The notes beneath the pieces are model-generated. The model was not told where the DNA came from, did no database searches, and saw only the letters and a program-made list of their open reading frames with translations. A stretch of DNA of 44,146 bases from an uncultured Oscillospiraceae bacterium (GTDB lineage: Bacteria > Bacillota > Clostridia > Saccharofermentanales > UBA5734). Of the stretch, positions 18,630 to 28,804 are shown in pieces. Location of the stretch: positions 1 through 44,146 of the forward strand of contig CAZHQX010000003.1 in NCBI GenBank assembly GCA_964534195.1. Reading direction: 5' to 3'. Position 1 is the stretch's first letter, and each line of letters opens with the position of its first letter. The position numbers were made by a program, and so were the translations under genes.

Positions 18630-20027
18630 TCAGACAGGCTGATAAGCCTGATCGACGCTGCCGGCAGCCTCATCAACCAAATGACGCTGAGCACGACGCC
18701 AGCGGAAATACTTCTCCGCGACCTGTGGGAACATACCGTATGTAAGTACATCCTCTTCCTGCTCGATCCATTCGGCAGCCTCTGCGCGGATCTTGTCCAG
18801 TTCAGGCTCAAGTAGATCTGCAGGTCTGCAGGTGATCTGCTCCTCACCCTTTAAGATCATATCAACAAATTCCTTCTTCATAGGTGCAGGTGTTGTACCA
18901 TATTTGCCCATAACGACATCTTTTGATTCCTTAGGAACCATTTTGTATCTCTCGCCTGTCACAACATTCATAACAGCCTGAGTACCGACGATCTGTGATG
19001 ACGGGGTAACCAGTGGGGGATAACCGAAGTCTTCACGCACACGTGGAACCTCCTGAAGAACCTCAAGCAGCTGATCTTCTTTGCCAGCCTGCTTGAGCTG
19101 TGATACCAGATTTGAAAGCATACCGCCCGGAACCTGATACTTAAGGGCATTAACGTCAACACCAAGCATTTTGGGGCTGATAAGACCACTGGCGATCCAG
19201 CGCTCTCTTACACCTGAGAAATGTGCGGAAATCTCAGTCAGCTGATCAAGATCCATACCGGTGTCATACTCAGTGCCAGCCAGAGTTGCTACTAGCGGCT
19301 CTGTAGGCGGCTGAGAAGTACCCATAGCCAGAGGGCTGAGAGCAGTATCGACGATATCGCAGCCAGCTTCTATAGCCTTGAGGTATGTCATTGAACCAAC
19401 ACCGCTCGTATAGTGAGTGTGCAGCTCTACAGGGATCTTCAGAGTTTCCTTGAGTGCCTTAACCAGCTCATAAGCGTCATATGGCAGAAGCAGGCCAGCC
19501 ATGTCTTTTATACATACAGAATTTGCGCCCATATCTTCAAGACGCTTGGCGTCCTTGGCAAACTGCTCCATTGAATGGAAAGGGCTTGTTGTATAGGCTA
19601 TACAGCCCTGGGCATGACCACCCTCACGAACTGTTGCCTTCATCGCTCTCTCAATGTTGCGGAAATCATTAAGCGCATCAAAAATTCTGATGATATCTAT
19701 GCCGTTGGCGATTGATTTCTGTACGAAATAATCTACAACGTCATCAGCATAATGCTTATATCCGAGCAGGTTCTGACCGCGCAGAAGCATCTGAAGCTTG
19801 CTGTTTGGGCAGGCCGCGCGAATTTTGCGCAGACGCTCCCAGGGATCTTCATTCAGAAATCTGATAGTTGAATCGAAGGTAGCTCCGCCCCAACACTCAA
19901 GAGCGTTGTAGCCAGCCTTATCGAGAAGACCGAGCACCGGAATCATATCATCCGTTGTCATACGTGTCGCAGCCAGAGACTGATGTGCGTCACGCAGAAT
20001 CGTTTCAGTTATTTTTACTTTTCCCAT
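18630..20027 (-). CDS. Pyruvate/oxaloacetate carboxyltransferase (OadA alpha / transcarboxylase 5S type, no biotinyl domain)
   Basis: LRDAHQS, WGGATFD, LQMLLRGQN, CIKDMAG, LHTH, QVPGGMLSN, PPLVTPSSQIVG. Confidence 0.92.
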   Translation of the reverse strand: MGKVKITETILRDAHQSLAATRMTTDDMIPVLGLLDKAGYNALECWGGATFDSTIRFLNEDPWERLRKIRAACPNSKLQMLLRGQNLLGYKHYADDVVDYFVQKSIANGIDIIRIFDALNDFRNIERAMKATVREGGHAQGCIAYTTSPFHSMEQFAKDAKRLEDMGANSVCIKDMAGLLLPYDAYELVKALKETLKIPVELHTHYTSGVGSMTYLKAIEAGCDIVDTALSPLAMGTSQPPTEPLVATLAGTEYDTGMDLDQLTEISAHFSGVRERWIASGLISPKMLGVDVNALKYQVPGGMLSNLVSQLKQAGKEDQLLEVLQEVPRVREDFGYPPLVTPSSQIVGTQAVMNVVTGERYKMVPKESKDVVMGKYGTTPAPMKKEFVDMILKGEEQITCRPADLLEPELDKIRAEAAEWIEQEEDVLTYGMFPQVAEKYFRWRRAQRHLVDEAAGSVDQAYQPV

Positions 20028-20102
20028 TATGGAATTCCTCCTTGCGGTTTAGATCCGACATCTGCTTTGATCTCAATTATTTTTCAGATCACAGACAGAA
20101 TA

Positions 20103-20501
20103 TCAGTTCAGGCTTACCAGCAGTTCGCCGGCGTTGACAGAGCTGCCCTTGGATGTATTGACACTGGCAACAGTACCGTCAACAGGAGACACTATTTCAT
20201 TTTCCATTTTCATGGCTTCCAGAACTACCAGAACCTGGCCCTTTTTAACACTATCGCCAACCGCGACATTTACGCTGATAATTGTTCCAGGCATCGGAGC
20301 CTTCACAGTTTCTGACCCGGCAGAACCGGCAGCGGCAGGGGCTGGTGCCGGAGCAGCAGCGGCAGGAGCCGGAGCGGCCGCAGGAGCGGCAGCCTTGGGG
20401 GCAGCAGCAGGTACAGATGCGGCAGGAGCGGCCACTGAACCGTTCTCCTCAACCTCAACATCATAAGCAACACCGTTAACCTTTATCGAAAATCTTTTCA
20501 T
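20103..20501 (-). CDS. Biotin carboxyl carrier protein (transcarboxylase 1.3S-like)
   Basis: Ala/Pro linker, APMPG, LEAMKMENEI biotinylation motif. Confidence 0.93.
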   Translation of the reverse strand: MKRFSIKVNGVAYDVEVEENGSVAAPAASVPAAAPKAAAPAAAPAPAAAAPAPAPAAAGSAGSETVKAPMPGTIISVNVAVGDSVKKGQVLVVLEAMKMENEIVSPVDGTVASVNTSKGSSVNAGELLVSLN

Positions 20502-20523
20502 TTTATATATTCCTCCATCCTTA

Positions 20524-21993
20524 TCAATATGCTGAAGTCAGCATGTTCAATGCACTAATCAGACGCGGGCGGGTCACTGCGGGCTGTATAACCTCATCTA
20601 CATGAGCCAGTCCAGCGGCGACATAAGGGCTTGCAACCTCATCGGCATACTTGTCAACGAAGCTCTGACGTGCAGATGCAGGATCAGAGGCTGCGGCAAT
20701 CTCCTTGCGGTAAACAATATGAGCAGCTGTGTCAGAAGACAAGGCAGCTATCTCAGCTGTAGGCCAGGCATAAACAACATCAGCACCGCTGCTCTTGCTG
20801 TTCATAGTTAAGTAGGCGGTTCCATAAGCCTTGCCAATAATCAGTCCGATACGCGGCATAGATGCCTGCTGGAATGTTCGCATCAGGTTTGTCGCAGCTA
20901 ATACCAGACCATCTGCTTCTGCCTGCTGACTGATGACATAGCCCTCAGAATCCGTAACGGTGATCAGAGGTATGGCAAATGAATCGCAGAACTCAACCAT
21001 ACGGATAGCTTTTGCAGCCATATCAGAATCGATTCTGGCAGCAGCGTTGGCAACAACACCAACGACCATTCCGCCAAGTCGGCCAAATGCCGTTACCATG
21101 CCCGGAGCGTAAGCGCTGTATGTTTCAAGCATACTGTCCTGATCGAGAACTGATGCTATGATATCTCTTACCTGATAACCTTGATCAAGACCAGCTGCGA
21201 TCTCGTCAAGTGCTGAATCTGTTCTGTTAACGTCGTCAGTTTCTTCAACAGGCATTGAGAAGCCGTCTGCGCAATCAGGCAGATAACCAAACAAGGCTTT
21301 CATCGCACCGATAAGCTCAGCTTCATCAGCAGCCTTGAAAGCAGCCAGACCAGTTGATTCAGTATGAACAGCTGCATTTCCAACGGAAGCAGCATTATCA
21401 GCACCTTTATTCTCAACAGCAGAAATGACCAGTGGACCATTCATGGATATTCCGGCTTTTGCCTCTGTCATGAAAACAAAATCACTTGTTCCAGCCAGAA
21501 GAGCCGCACCACCTGCACATGGTCCGAATACACCTGCGATCAGAGGAATTTCTCCTGAAGCATCAGTCATATCGGCAATCAAAGCGCCAAGCGATTCGAG
21601 TCCAACGATTCCTTCCTCGATTCTTGATCCACCTGTTTCATAAAGTCCGATAAAAGGAACACCGGCAGCTACCGCCATCTGAACAGCCTTGCTGATTTTT
21701 ATCGCATGCATCTGACCGATAGAACCACCATAGACTGATGGATCCTGTGCGGCTACATATACTAAACGTCCGTCAATTGTTCCATAACCTGTTACTACAC
21801 CATCACCGGCAACTTTTGGCCTTTCAAATCCGAAGGCCAGGCCGCGGGATTCTGCCAATGAATCCAGCTCGACAAAGCTGGCTTCATCAAGAAGCATCTG
21901 TATCCGCCTGCGACAAGCTTTATCAGCTGCCTCGACGGTATCCAGAGAGGCTCTTTTCTCCACGTACTCGGTCATTTTCTCTCGAGATCCCAT
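20524..21993 (-). CDS. Acyl-CoA carboxyltransferase (PccB/MmdA/12S family), divergent
   Basis: GDGVVTGYGTIDGR, GGSIG, GGSRIEEG, GPCAGGA, FCDSFAIP, AWPTAEIA; start at ATG 21993 after SD gaggtg. Confidence 0.88.
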   Translation of the reverse strand: MGSREKMTEYVEKRASLDTVEAADKACRRRIQMLLDEASFVELDSLAESRGLAFGFERPKVAGDGVVTGYGTIDGRLVYVAAQDPSVYGGSIGQMHAIKISKAVQMAVAAGVPFIGLYETGGSRIEEGIVGLESLGALIADMTDASGEIPLIAGVFGPCAGGAALLAGTSDFVFMTEAKAGISMNGPLVISAVENKGADNAASVGNAAVHTESTGLAAFKAADEAELIGAMKALFGYLPDCADGFSMPVEETDDVNRTDSALDEIAAGLDQGYQVRDIIASVLDQDSMLETYSAYAPGMVTAFGRLGGMVVGVVANAAARIDSDMAAKAIRMVEFCDSFAIPLITVTDSEGYVISQQAEADGLVLAATNLMRTFQQASMPRIGLIIGKAYGTAYLTMNSKSSGADVVYAWPTAEIAALSSDTAAHIVYRKEIAAASDPASARQSFVDKYADEVASPYVAAGLAHVDEVIQPAVTRPRLISALNMLTSAY

Positions 21994-22078
21994 TCTTTTC
22001 ACCTCATCATCTAAAGGAGCAAATCCTTTGGCTTATAGATAATGCGGGAAAGGTCAAATCCATATCCCGCCGCTTACG

Positions 22079-22117
22079 ATTATAATTTATGCAAGACAAT
22101 AGTTCAACCTTGCATAA
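22079..22117 (-). promoter_or_regulatory. SigA promoter of the carboxyl-transfer operon, with a 9-bp inverted repeat flanking its -35 box
   Basis: TTGAAC (22107-22102), 17-bp spacer, TATAAT (22084-22079); TTATGCAAG (22087-22095)-N13-CTTGCATAA (22109-22117). Confidence 0.6.
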
Positions 22118-22130
22118 TAAATAATTTTTA

Positions 22131-22895
22131 TTAATCAGGATTTATAGTTGCTTGAACTATCTGATCAATAGTTATCTGATTATCTCTGTTTCCGCCTGAC
22201 GCTTCCTGCAAAGAGCTCTCAAGATCTCTTAGTGTTCCATACATCAACATCTCCATCGCAGGCAATTCGTCAACTGAGCCTAATCCGACATCAAGCAGAA
22301 ACTGTTCAGTCGTCGCGAATAGCGTCGGCCTGCCTGGAGCATCAAGATGGCCTGCCTCATATATCAGGTTTCTCTCGATCAGACGACTTATGATACTGTC
22401 ACTATTGACACCACGAACAGATTCTACCTGAGCTCTGGTAACTGGTTGATTATAGGCGATGATCGCTAAGGTTTCATAAGCGGCCTGAGAAAGCGGCGGT
22501 CTATGCCTGGGCTGATACATTCGCGTAATTATGTCGAAAAAACCAGGTTTAGTACTAAGGGTATATTTGCCATCTGCCTCGCGCAGCATTATCCCACGGC
22601 TGCGGTCTCTTGCATACCTCTCACTCATGTCCTGCAGAAGTCGGCTCAGGGTACTCTTTTCAATACCTGTGATCTGCCTGATCTTGTCAAAGCTTATCGG
22701 ATCACCAGCAGCAAACAACAAGGCTTCTACAGCGGCTTGTCTATCTTCCGGCTCTATTTGCGGAAGCAGATCATTTTCCGTATAACCAAAATCCTCTGCG
22801 CTCTCCTGCTCAAGAACAACAGGTATCGTACCTTCAGTTTCCTGATCTATTATCTTCTCTTCTGTTTCAGCTTCAATGTCATTGTTCAGAATCAT
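22131..22895 (-). CDS. scpB: SMC-Scp complex subunit ScpB
   Basis: EALLFAAGDP, LSQAAYETLAIIAYNQPVTR, RGVNSD, APGRPTLFATT. Confidence 0.95.
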   Translation of the reverse strand: MILNNDIEAETEEKIIDQETEGTIPVVLEQESAEDFGYTENDLLPQIEPEDRQAAVEALLFAAGDPISFDKIRQITGIEKSTLSRLLQDMSERYARDRSRGIMLREADGKYTLSTKPGFFDIITRMYQPRHRPPLSQAAYETLAIIAYNQPVTRAQVESVRGVNSDSIISRLIERNLIYEAGHLDAPGRPTLFATTEQFLLDVGLGSVDELPAMEMLMYGTLRDLESSLQEASGGNRDNQITIDQIVQATINPD

Positions 22896-23754
22896 TTTCC
22901 GTCTCCTTCACACTCTCCTCAGGATCTTCCAGACCGCTGATCAGACTATCCGGATCCTTCCAGCGTGGATCAGGCTCAATAAGCATCGCGTCAAAAGGTC
23001 TGTCCTGGCTGACTATGATCCTGTTCTGACGCAGCAGCTCCAAAACAGCCAGAAACCCTGTAACCTGCTCCGTACGACTGCTGCCGCCAGAGGGGAAAAG
23101 CTCGTGAAAGAAAATTCGCGTCTTCTTAAAAGCACGGCGCAGAACATCCATCATCTTCTGCTTAAGCGAAACCTTCTCTCGTTTCAGTATATGTGTGATC
23201 CTGCCGCTGATATCCTGAAACCTGACTTCATTTTGTTTGGCGAGATGTCGACAAGCTTCAAAAAACAGCTCGCGATGAACCGGAGTTGTGCCGGTTACTG
23301 ATTCTATCCCCATAGAGCCAGGGGATTCAGGCGGTTTATAAACACAGTTGGAATACATCTCGTAACGGCTCTTGAGATCTGAAGCTATAGTCTTGCATCT
23401 TCTGTAGGCAAGCAGCTTGAGCACAAGCTCCTCACGCGGGTCATCAATATCTTCATTCAACATCGCTCTGCGCTGAGGCAGAAGCATCCTCGATTTAATA
23501 TGCAGAAGTGTCGCCGCCATCAGTAAAAACTCACTGGCGATCTCCATATCAATTGACTGCAGCTTATCTAGATAATCGAGATATTGATCGGTTATTCTAT
23601 CGATCGGTATATCATAGATATCGATCCTGTTTTTTTCTATAAGATGACAAAGCAAATCAAGCGGTCCCTGAAAAGGCTCAAGCGTGAGCACCGGGGCCGC
23701 TGATCGTTCGACATTGTCTCTCATATCATTTTGCTGATCTGCCTGTTCGCTCAT
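22879..23754 (-). CDS. scpA: Segregation and condensation protein A
   Basis: FQGPLDLLCHLI, ASEFLLMAATLLHIKSRMLLP, FLAVLEL. Confidence 0.95.
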   Translation of the reverse strand: MSEQADQQNDMRDNVERSAAPVLTLEPFQGPLDLLCHLIEKNRIDIYDIPIDRITDQYLDYLDKLQSIDMEIASEFLLMAATLLHIKSRMLLPQRRAMLNEDIDDPREELVLKLLAYRRCKTIASDLKSRYEMYSNCVYKPPESPGSMGIESVTGTTPVHRELFFEACRHLAKQNEVRFQDISGRITHILKREKVSLKQKMMDVLRRAFKKTRIFFHELFPSGGSSRTEQVTGFLAVLELLRQNRIIVSQDRPFDAMLIEPDPRWKDPDSLISGLEDPEESVKETENDSEQ

Positions 23755-23779
23755 TTTATCCCTTCAGATCATTTTATTA

Positions 23780-24772
23780 TCACTTATCAAGACCTATCCT
23801 CACAGCAGCACGGACCTTATCCATTGTTTTTGCCGCGACTTCTCTCGCCTTGGCCGATCCTTGTTCAATATAAGCTTCAAGCTGCTCTGGATCTTCGAGC
23901 AGTGCTGTCCTCTTCTCATAAATAGGTGTGTGGAACTCAGCCAACCTCTCTGCCAGTTTTTTCTTGCACTGTACACAACCAATCTCACCTGCTCTGCATA
24001 AGGTACCGATCTCTTCGTACTCTGCTTCACTGAAAACCTTATGAAAGGAGTAAACAGAACAAATCTCAGGATGGCCCGGATCCGTCTTCCTGATCCTGGC
24101 CGGATCTGTAACCATATTCATGACTTTTTTTCTGACCTCTTCCGGCGTATCGGCAAAAGCGATCGTATTGCCATAGCTCTTCGACATTTTTCTGCCATCA
24201 GTACCGGGCAGGACTTTTGCCGCGGTGAGAAGAGGCTGTGGCTCCGGAAATGTCTCGACATAAAGATGGTTGAATCTTCTTGCGATCTCACGGGTCAGCT
24301 CCAGATGGGGTACCTGATCCTCTCCGACAGGAACGAAATCAGCCAGATACATTAGAATATCAGCCGCCTGCAGACAAGGGTATCCAAGGAATCCGTAAGT
24401 GGTGATATCCTTATCCTTGAGCTGATTCAGCTGATCCTTATATGTAGGACAACGCTCCAACCAGGACAAAGGCGTATTCATTGAAAACAGCAGAAAGAGC
24501 TCGGCGTGCTCAGGCACCAGAGACTGCATAAAAATTACTGACTTCTCAGGGTCCAGGCCACATGCGATAAAATCAGCCATCAAACTAACTGAGTTTTCAC
24601 GTAGCTTCTCTGTATCAGCATAGCCAGTTGTCAGCGCATGCCAATCAGCGATAAAAAAGTAACACTCATATTGATCCTGCAGTTTGACCCAGTTGTGGAG
24701 CGCGCCGAAATAATTGCCAAGATGGATATCTCCAGTAGGTCTGGCGCCGCTTAGTACGATTTTTTTGCTCAT
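23780..24772 (-). CDS. trpS: Tryptophan--tRNA ligase
   Basis: SGARPTGDIHLGNY, YPCLQAADIL, VPVGEDQ, KMSKSYGN. Confidence 0.97.
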   Translation of the reverse strand: MSKKIVLSGARPTGDIHLGNYFGALHNWVKLQDQYECYFFIADWHALTTGYADTEKLRENSVSLMADFIACGLDPEKSVIFMQSLVPEHAELFLLFSMNTPLSWLERCPTYKDQLNQLKDKDITTYGFLGYPCLQAADILMYLADFVPVGEDQVPHLELTREIARRFNHLYVETFPEPQPLLTAAKVLPGTDGRKMSKSYGNTIAFADTPEEVRKKVMNMVTDPARIRKTDPGHPEICSVYSFHKVFSEAEYEEIGTLCRAGEIGCVQCKKKLAERLAEFHTPIYEKRTALLEDPEQLEAYIEQGSAKAREVAAKTMDKVRAAVRIGLDK

Positions 24773-24834
24773 TTTCTATCCCCCGATAATTCAATAATTA
24801 CATTATACAACACTGGCAAAAGCCGGCTTGGTCC

Positions 24835-25599
24835 TCATAGTATCATTTCCCACAGCTGGCTGAACAGCCACATGATCGGACTAAGGATGACATATTCAAA
24901 CGGAACCCTGATGACACTAAGTACCGTGCCCAGAATTCCTCTGCCAAAAAGTACAAGCAGCAGGAAAACCATACCGATGTACCGCTCATATCCCATTATC
25001 TTATAATACAATGAGTTAGGCAGCATTGACCCGAAAATCTTGTAGCCATCAAGCGGCGGTACAGGCAGCAGATTAAACACTGCCAGTGTCACATTAGCGG
25101 AAAACATAAAATTTCTAAGCTGCAGAATAACATCTGCTACTGCATTATCAACAGCACCAAAAATCATCATGACAGTTATAACAATATTTAGCACAATCAA
25201 GCTGATGGCAGCAAGCACAAGGTTTGACATCGGTCCCGCCAGACTGGTCAGCATGATTCCCTGCTTGATCGTACGGCTCTTGGAAAAACGCGCAGGATTG
25301 ATCGGAACCGGTTTAGCCCAGCCTATTCCGGCAAGAAGAAAAACGATCGAGCCGATTGGATCAAGATGGGCCATTGGATTCATAGTCAGTCTTCCCTGCA
25401 TGGCGGCTGTGTCATCGCCAAGCTTATTAGCTGACCAGGCATGTGCCATCTCATGAAAAGACAGTGAAATAGCCAGGACCAGGACCAGTATCAAAAGAGT
25501 TCTGATATCAAACCCGTTGCGCATGCCATAGAGCAGACTCATCCCGGTATAAGGCAGGCTCATCAACAAAAGATGATCCCAGCGTGGTTTTATTTGCAT
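24835..25599 (-). CDS. Site-2 protease family (M50) membrane metalloprotease
   Basis: HEMAH, GRLTMNPMAHLDPIG, GWAKPVP, FNLLPVPPLDG. Confidence 0.9.
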   Translation of the reverse strand: MQIKPRWDHLLLMSLPYTGMSLLYGMRNGFDIRTLLILVLVLAISLSFHEMAHAWSANKLGDDTAAMQGRLTMNPMAHLDPIGSIVFLLAGIGWAKPVPINPARFSKSRTIKQGIMLTSLAGPMSNLVLAAISLIVLNIVITVMMIFGAVDNAVADVILQLRNFMFSANVTLAVFNLLPVPPLDGYKIFGSMLPNSLYYKIMGYERYIGMVFLLLVLFGRGILGTVLSVIRVPFEYVILSPIMWLFSQLWEMIL

Positions 25600-25635
25600 T
25601 AGTATTAGCTCCTTTTACGATCAGAAAACTGTAGC

Positions 25636-28600
25636 TCAGATCTTGCTGACCGCTATGAGCAGCTTCTCGCCATTTATGTCCCATTCCTTGCTGGCATTAT
25701 CATCCGTGAGCTGTTCTATCCTGTCAGCCAGGACCTCTTCACAGATAAATTCTCTGTTTTTCTCAACAACAGGGTCCAGAACCTTCTGGCTGCCAAGTGC
25801 AAGTATAATACGGTCCATAACCTCGAAACCGCTTTCTTTTCTCATAGTCTGTACTTTGCTGATGATCTCGCGCACGAAGCCCTCTTCGATCAGCTCAGCC
25901 GTTAATTTTGTATCCAACGCAACTGTAACGTCTCTGTCGCTTTCAGCTGCCAGACCCTCTGACTGGATCGTCTCGACCAGCAGATCTTCCTCTGCCAATT
26001 CGATATCCTGACCATCAACTGGCAATACGATCTTGCCATTCTCTTTAAGGACGTTCATTGTTTCCTGTCCAGGAAGCTCCGACAAGGCCTTGCCAACCAG
26101 CGGTATCAGCTTGCCCAGACGCTTGCCGAGCGTTTTCAGCTGTGGCTTGAAACGATAATCCTGCAGAGATGTCTGATCATCAGTATACACCATTTCCCTG
26201 ACATTAAGCTCATCAAGCACCAGTCTTTGGAAAGCCTCCGGCAGCTGATGTCTTGATACCACCATCAGTTTTGCCAGCGGCTGACGGTTCTTGATAGCTG
26301 CTGTATTTCTGGCAGCACGGCCAAGAACTACCAGACGCAATACTTCTTCCATGTTCTTTTCAAGTTCCTTGTCGACCAGACTCATGTCAGCAGTCGGGAA
26401 ATCACAAAGATGTACGCTCTCCGGTCTGCTGCTATCATGACTTAGTACCAGATTGCGATAGATCGCATCAGCCATAAACGGGATATAGACAGCACTTAGT
26501 CTTGTCAGTGTCTCCAGTACGGTATAAAGAGTCATGTAGGCATCGATCTTATCCTGATTCATGTCAGACTGCCAGTAGCGCTCACGGCCGCGGCGCACAT
26601 ACCAATTGGAAAGATCATCAGTGAACTGCTGAATAGCTCTGGCAGAAGGTGTTATCTCGTAGTTTTCCAGCTGACGGTCAACCGAATCTATCAGTGAGTT
26701 AAGACGGCTCAAGATCCAGCGGTCCATTACACAAAGAGTATCAGTTTTCAGCTCATATTGCGTAGGATCGAACTTATCAATATTGGCATAAAGCACATAG
26801 AACGCATATGTATTCCAAAGTGTGCCCATAAATTTTCTCTGAGCCTCACTCACTGCATCCTCATAGAAGCGTGATGGCAGCCAGGGAGCACTGTTCGTAT
26901 AAAAATACCAACGTACAGCATCTGCACCCTGCTTGTCGAGCACCTCCCAAGGATCAACTACATTGCCTTTATGCTTGGACATCTTCTGACCGTTCTTATC
27001 CTGAACCAACCCAAGTACGATAACATTTTCATACGGAGATTTATCAAAAATCAAGGTTCCGATCGCCATCAGCGTATAGAACCAGCCTCTAGTCTGGTCC
27101 AGTGCCTCTGAAATAAACTGGGCAGGGAAATTCTCCTCGAATATCTCCTTGTTCTCAAATGGGTAGTGCCATTGGGCAAAGGGCATGGAGCCGGAATCAA
27201 ACCAGCAGTCTATGACCTCGCTTACACGCTTCATGGTACCACCGCACTCGCTGCAGCGGATATTGACCGCGTCGATATATGGCTTATGCAGCTCAATATC
27301 GTCCGGGCAATTGTCAGAGAGCTCCTTAAGCTCCTCGATACTGCCGATCGCATGGCGATGTCCACAGCTGCATTCCCAGATCGGCAGCGGCGTTCCCCAA
27401 TAGCGTTCACGCGAAATACCCCAGTCGACGACATTGTCGAGGAAGTTGCCGAATCTGCCGGTACCAATAGTTTCCGGTATCCAGTTAACGGTGGAGTTAT
27501 TCTTCATCAGATTCTCTCTGAGGCTTGTCATATTGATAAACCAGCTGTCACGGGCATAATAGATGAGAGCAGTATCACAACGCCAGCAGAAAGGATAGCT
27601 ATGCTCATAAGGCACCTTCATGATCAGGCGGCCTTCTTCCTTCAGCTTCTTAGTGATACCTGCATCAGCGTCCTTACAGAACACACCGGCAAAATCAGTT
27701 ACATCCTCCGGCATCGTACCGTCTTCTTTTACCAGCTGGACAAAAGGCAAGTTATAGCTGCGGCCGACTCTGGCGTCATCTTCACCAAAAGCAGGAGCTA
27801 TATGAACAATACCTGTACCATCGCTGAGAGTTACATAGTTGTCAGCAGTTACGAAAAAGGCCTTCTTGCCTGAAGCTTCTACTGTTTTATTAGCGTATGG
27901 CAGCAGCGGTTCATATTCCTTGCCGACCAGGTCACGTCCGAGCATTTTGTCCTCTATGTGGAAATGCTCGCCAAGAACAGCTGGTGCCAAAGCCTCCGCC
28001 AGAATATATCTAACCTCTTTTTCAGTTCCATCAACATCCTGATGTACTGACGCTACGACATAATGCTCGTCAGGATTAACACAGAGACCGACATTTGAAG
28101 GCAATGTCCAGGGAGTGGTTGTCCAGACCGCGAAATATGTATCGGTCTCACCTTGCACCTTGAATCTGACATAGACAGAGTTTTCCTTAACATCCTGATA
28201 GCCCTGCGCAACCTCATGCGATGAGAGTGCTGTGCCGCAACGTGGGCAATAAGGAACTATTTTATGGCCTTTGTAGAGAAGACCTTTGTCCCAGATCTTC
28301 TTAAGCGCCCACCATTCTGATTCAATGTACTCATTTTCATATGTAACATAAGGGTCTTCCATGTCTGCCCAGAAACCAACCCGGTCAGACATCTGCTCCC
28401 ATTCCTGTTTATATTTCCAGACGCTTTCCTTGCACTGCTTAATAAATGGCTCGACTCCGTATTCCTCAATCTCCTGTTTTCCGTCGATGCCCAGAAGTTT
28501 TTCAACCTCAAGCTCTACCGGCAGGCCATGCGTATCCCAGCCGGCTTTTCTCAGGACATGATATCCCTTCATGGTTTTGTATCTTGGAATGATATCCTTG

Positions 28601-28791
28601 ATAACTCTGGTCAGGATATGGCCGATATGCGGCTTGCCGTTTGCTGTCGGCGGGCCATCATAGAAGGTGAAGGTCTCTCCACCTTGTCTGCCGTCGATTG
28701 ATTTCTGGAAGATGTTCTCATCCTTCCAGAATTTCAGTACTTCCTTCTCTCTCTCGACGAAGCTCATGTCTGAACTTACTTTTTTGTACAT
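25636..28791 (-). CDS. ileS: Isoleucine--tRNA ligase, type 2
   Basis: DGPPTANGKPHIGH, GWDTHGLP, WTTTPWTLPSN, DWGISRERYWGTP, KMSKHKGN; IleRS2-type C-terminus without a terminal Zn finger; start at ATG 28791 after SD aaggagg. Confidence 0.97.
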   Translation of the reverse strand: MYKKVSSDMSFVEREKEVLKFWKDENIFQKSIDGRQGGETFTFYDGPPTANGKPHIGHILTRVIKDIIPRYKTMKGYHVLRKAGWDTHGLPVELEVEKLLGIDGKQEIEEYGVEPFIKQCKESVWKYKQEWEQMSDRVGFWADMEDPYVTYENEYIESEWWALKKIWDKGLLYKGHKIVPYCPRCGTALSSHEVAQGYQDVKENSVYVRFKVQGETDTYFAVWTTTPWTLPSNVGLCVNPDEHYVVASVHQDVDGTEKEVRYILAEALAPAVLGEHFHIEDKMLGRDLVGKEYEPLLPYANKTVEASGKKAFFVTADNYVTLSDGTGIVHIAPAFGEDDARVGRSYNLPFVQLVKEDGTMPEDVTDFAGVFCKDADAGITKKLKEEGRLIMKVPYEHSYPFCWRCDTALIYYARDSWFINMTSLRENLMKNNSTVNWIPETIGTGRFGNFLDNVVDWGISRERYWGTPLPIWECSCGHRHAIGSIEELKELSDNCPDDIELHKPYIDAVNIRCSECGGTMKRVSEVIDCWFDSGSMPFAQWHYPFENKEIFEENFPAQFISEALDQTRGWFYTLMAIGTLIFDKSPYENVIVLGLVQDKNGQKMSKHKGNVVDPWEVLDKQGADAVRWYFYTNSAPWLPSRFYEDAVSEAQRKFMGTLWNTYAFYVLYANIDKFDPTQYELKTDTLCVMDRWILSRLNSLIDSVDRQLENYEITPSARAIQQFTDDLSNWYVRRGRERYWQSDMNQDKIDAYMTLYTVLETLTRLSAVYIPFMADAIYRNLVLSHDSSRPESVHLCDFPTADMSLVDKELEKNMEEVLRLVVLGRAARNTAAIKNRQPLAKLMVVSRHQLPEAFQRLVLDELNVREMVYTDDQTSLQDYRFKPQLKTLGKRLGKLIPLVGKALSELPGQETMNVLKENGKIVLPVDGQDIELAEEDLLVETIQSEGLAAESDRDVTVALDTKLTAELIEEGFVREIISKVQTMRKESGFEVMDRIILALGSQKVLDPVVEKNREFICEEVLADRIEQLTDDNASKEWDINGEKLLIAVSKI

Positions 28792-28804
28792 ATTCAGCCT
28801 CCTT

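Noticed and set aside
20320-20435. GC-rich GCA/GCC/GGA repeats
   Set aside because: They encode the ordinary Ala/Pro linker of the biotin carrier; not a repeat element or CRISPR
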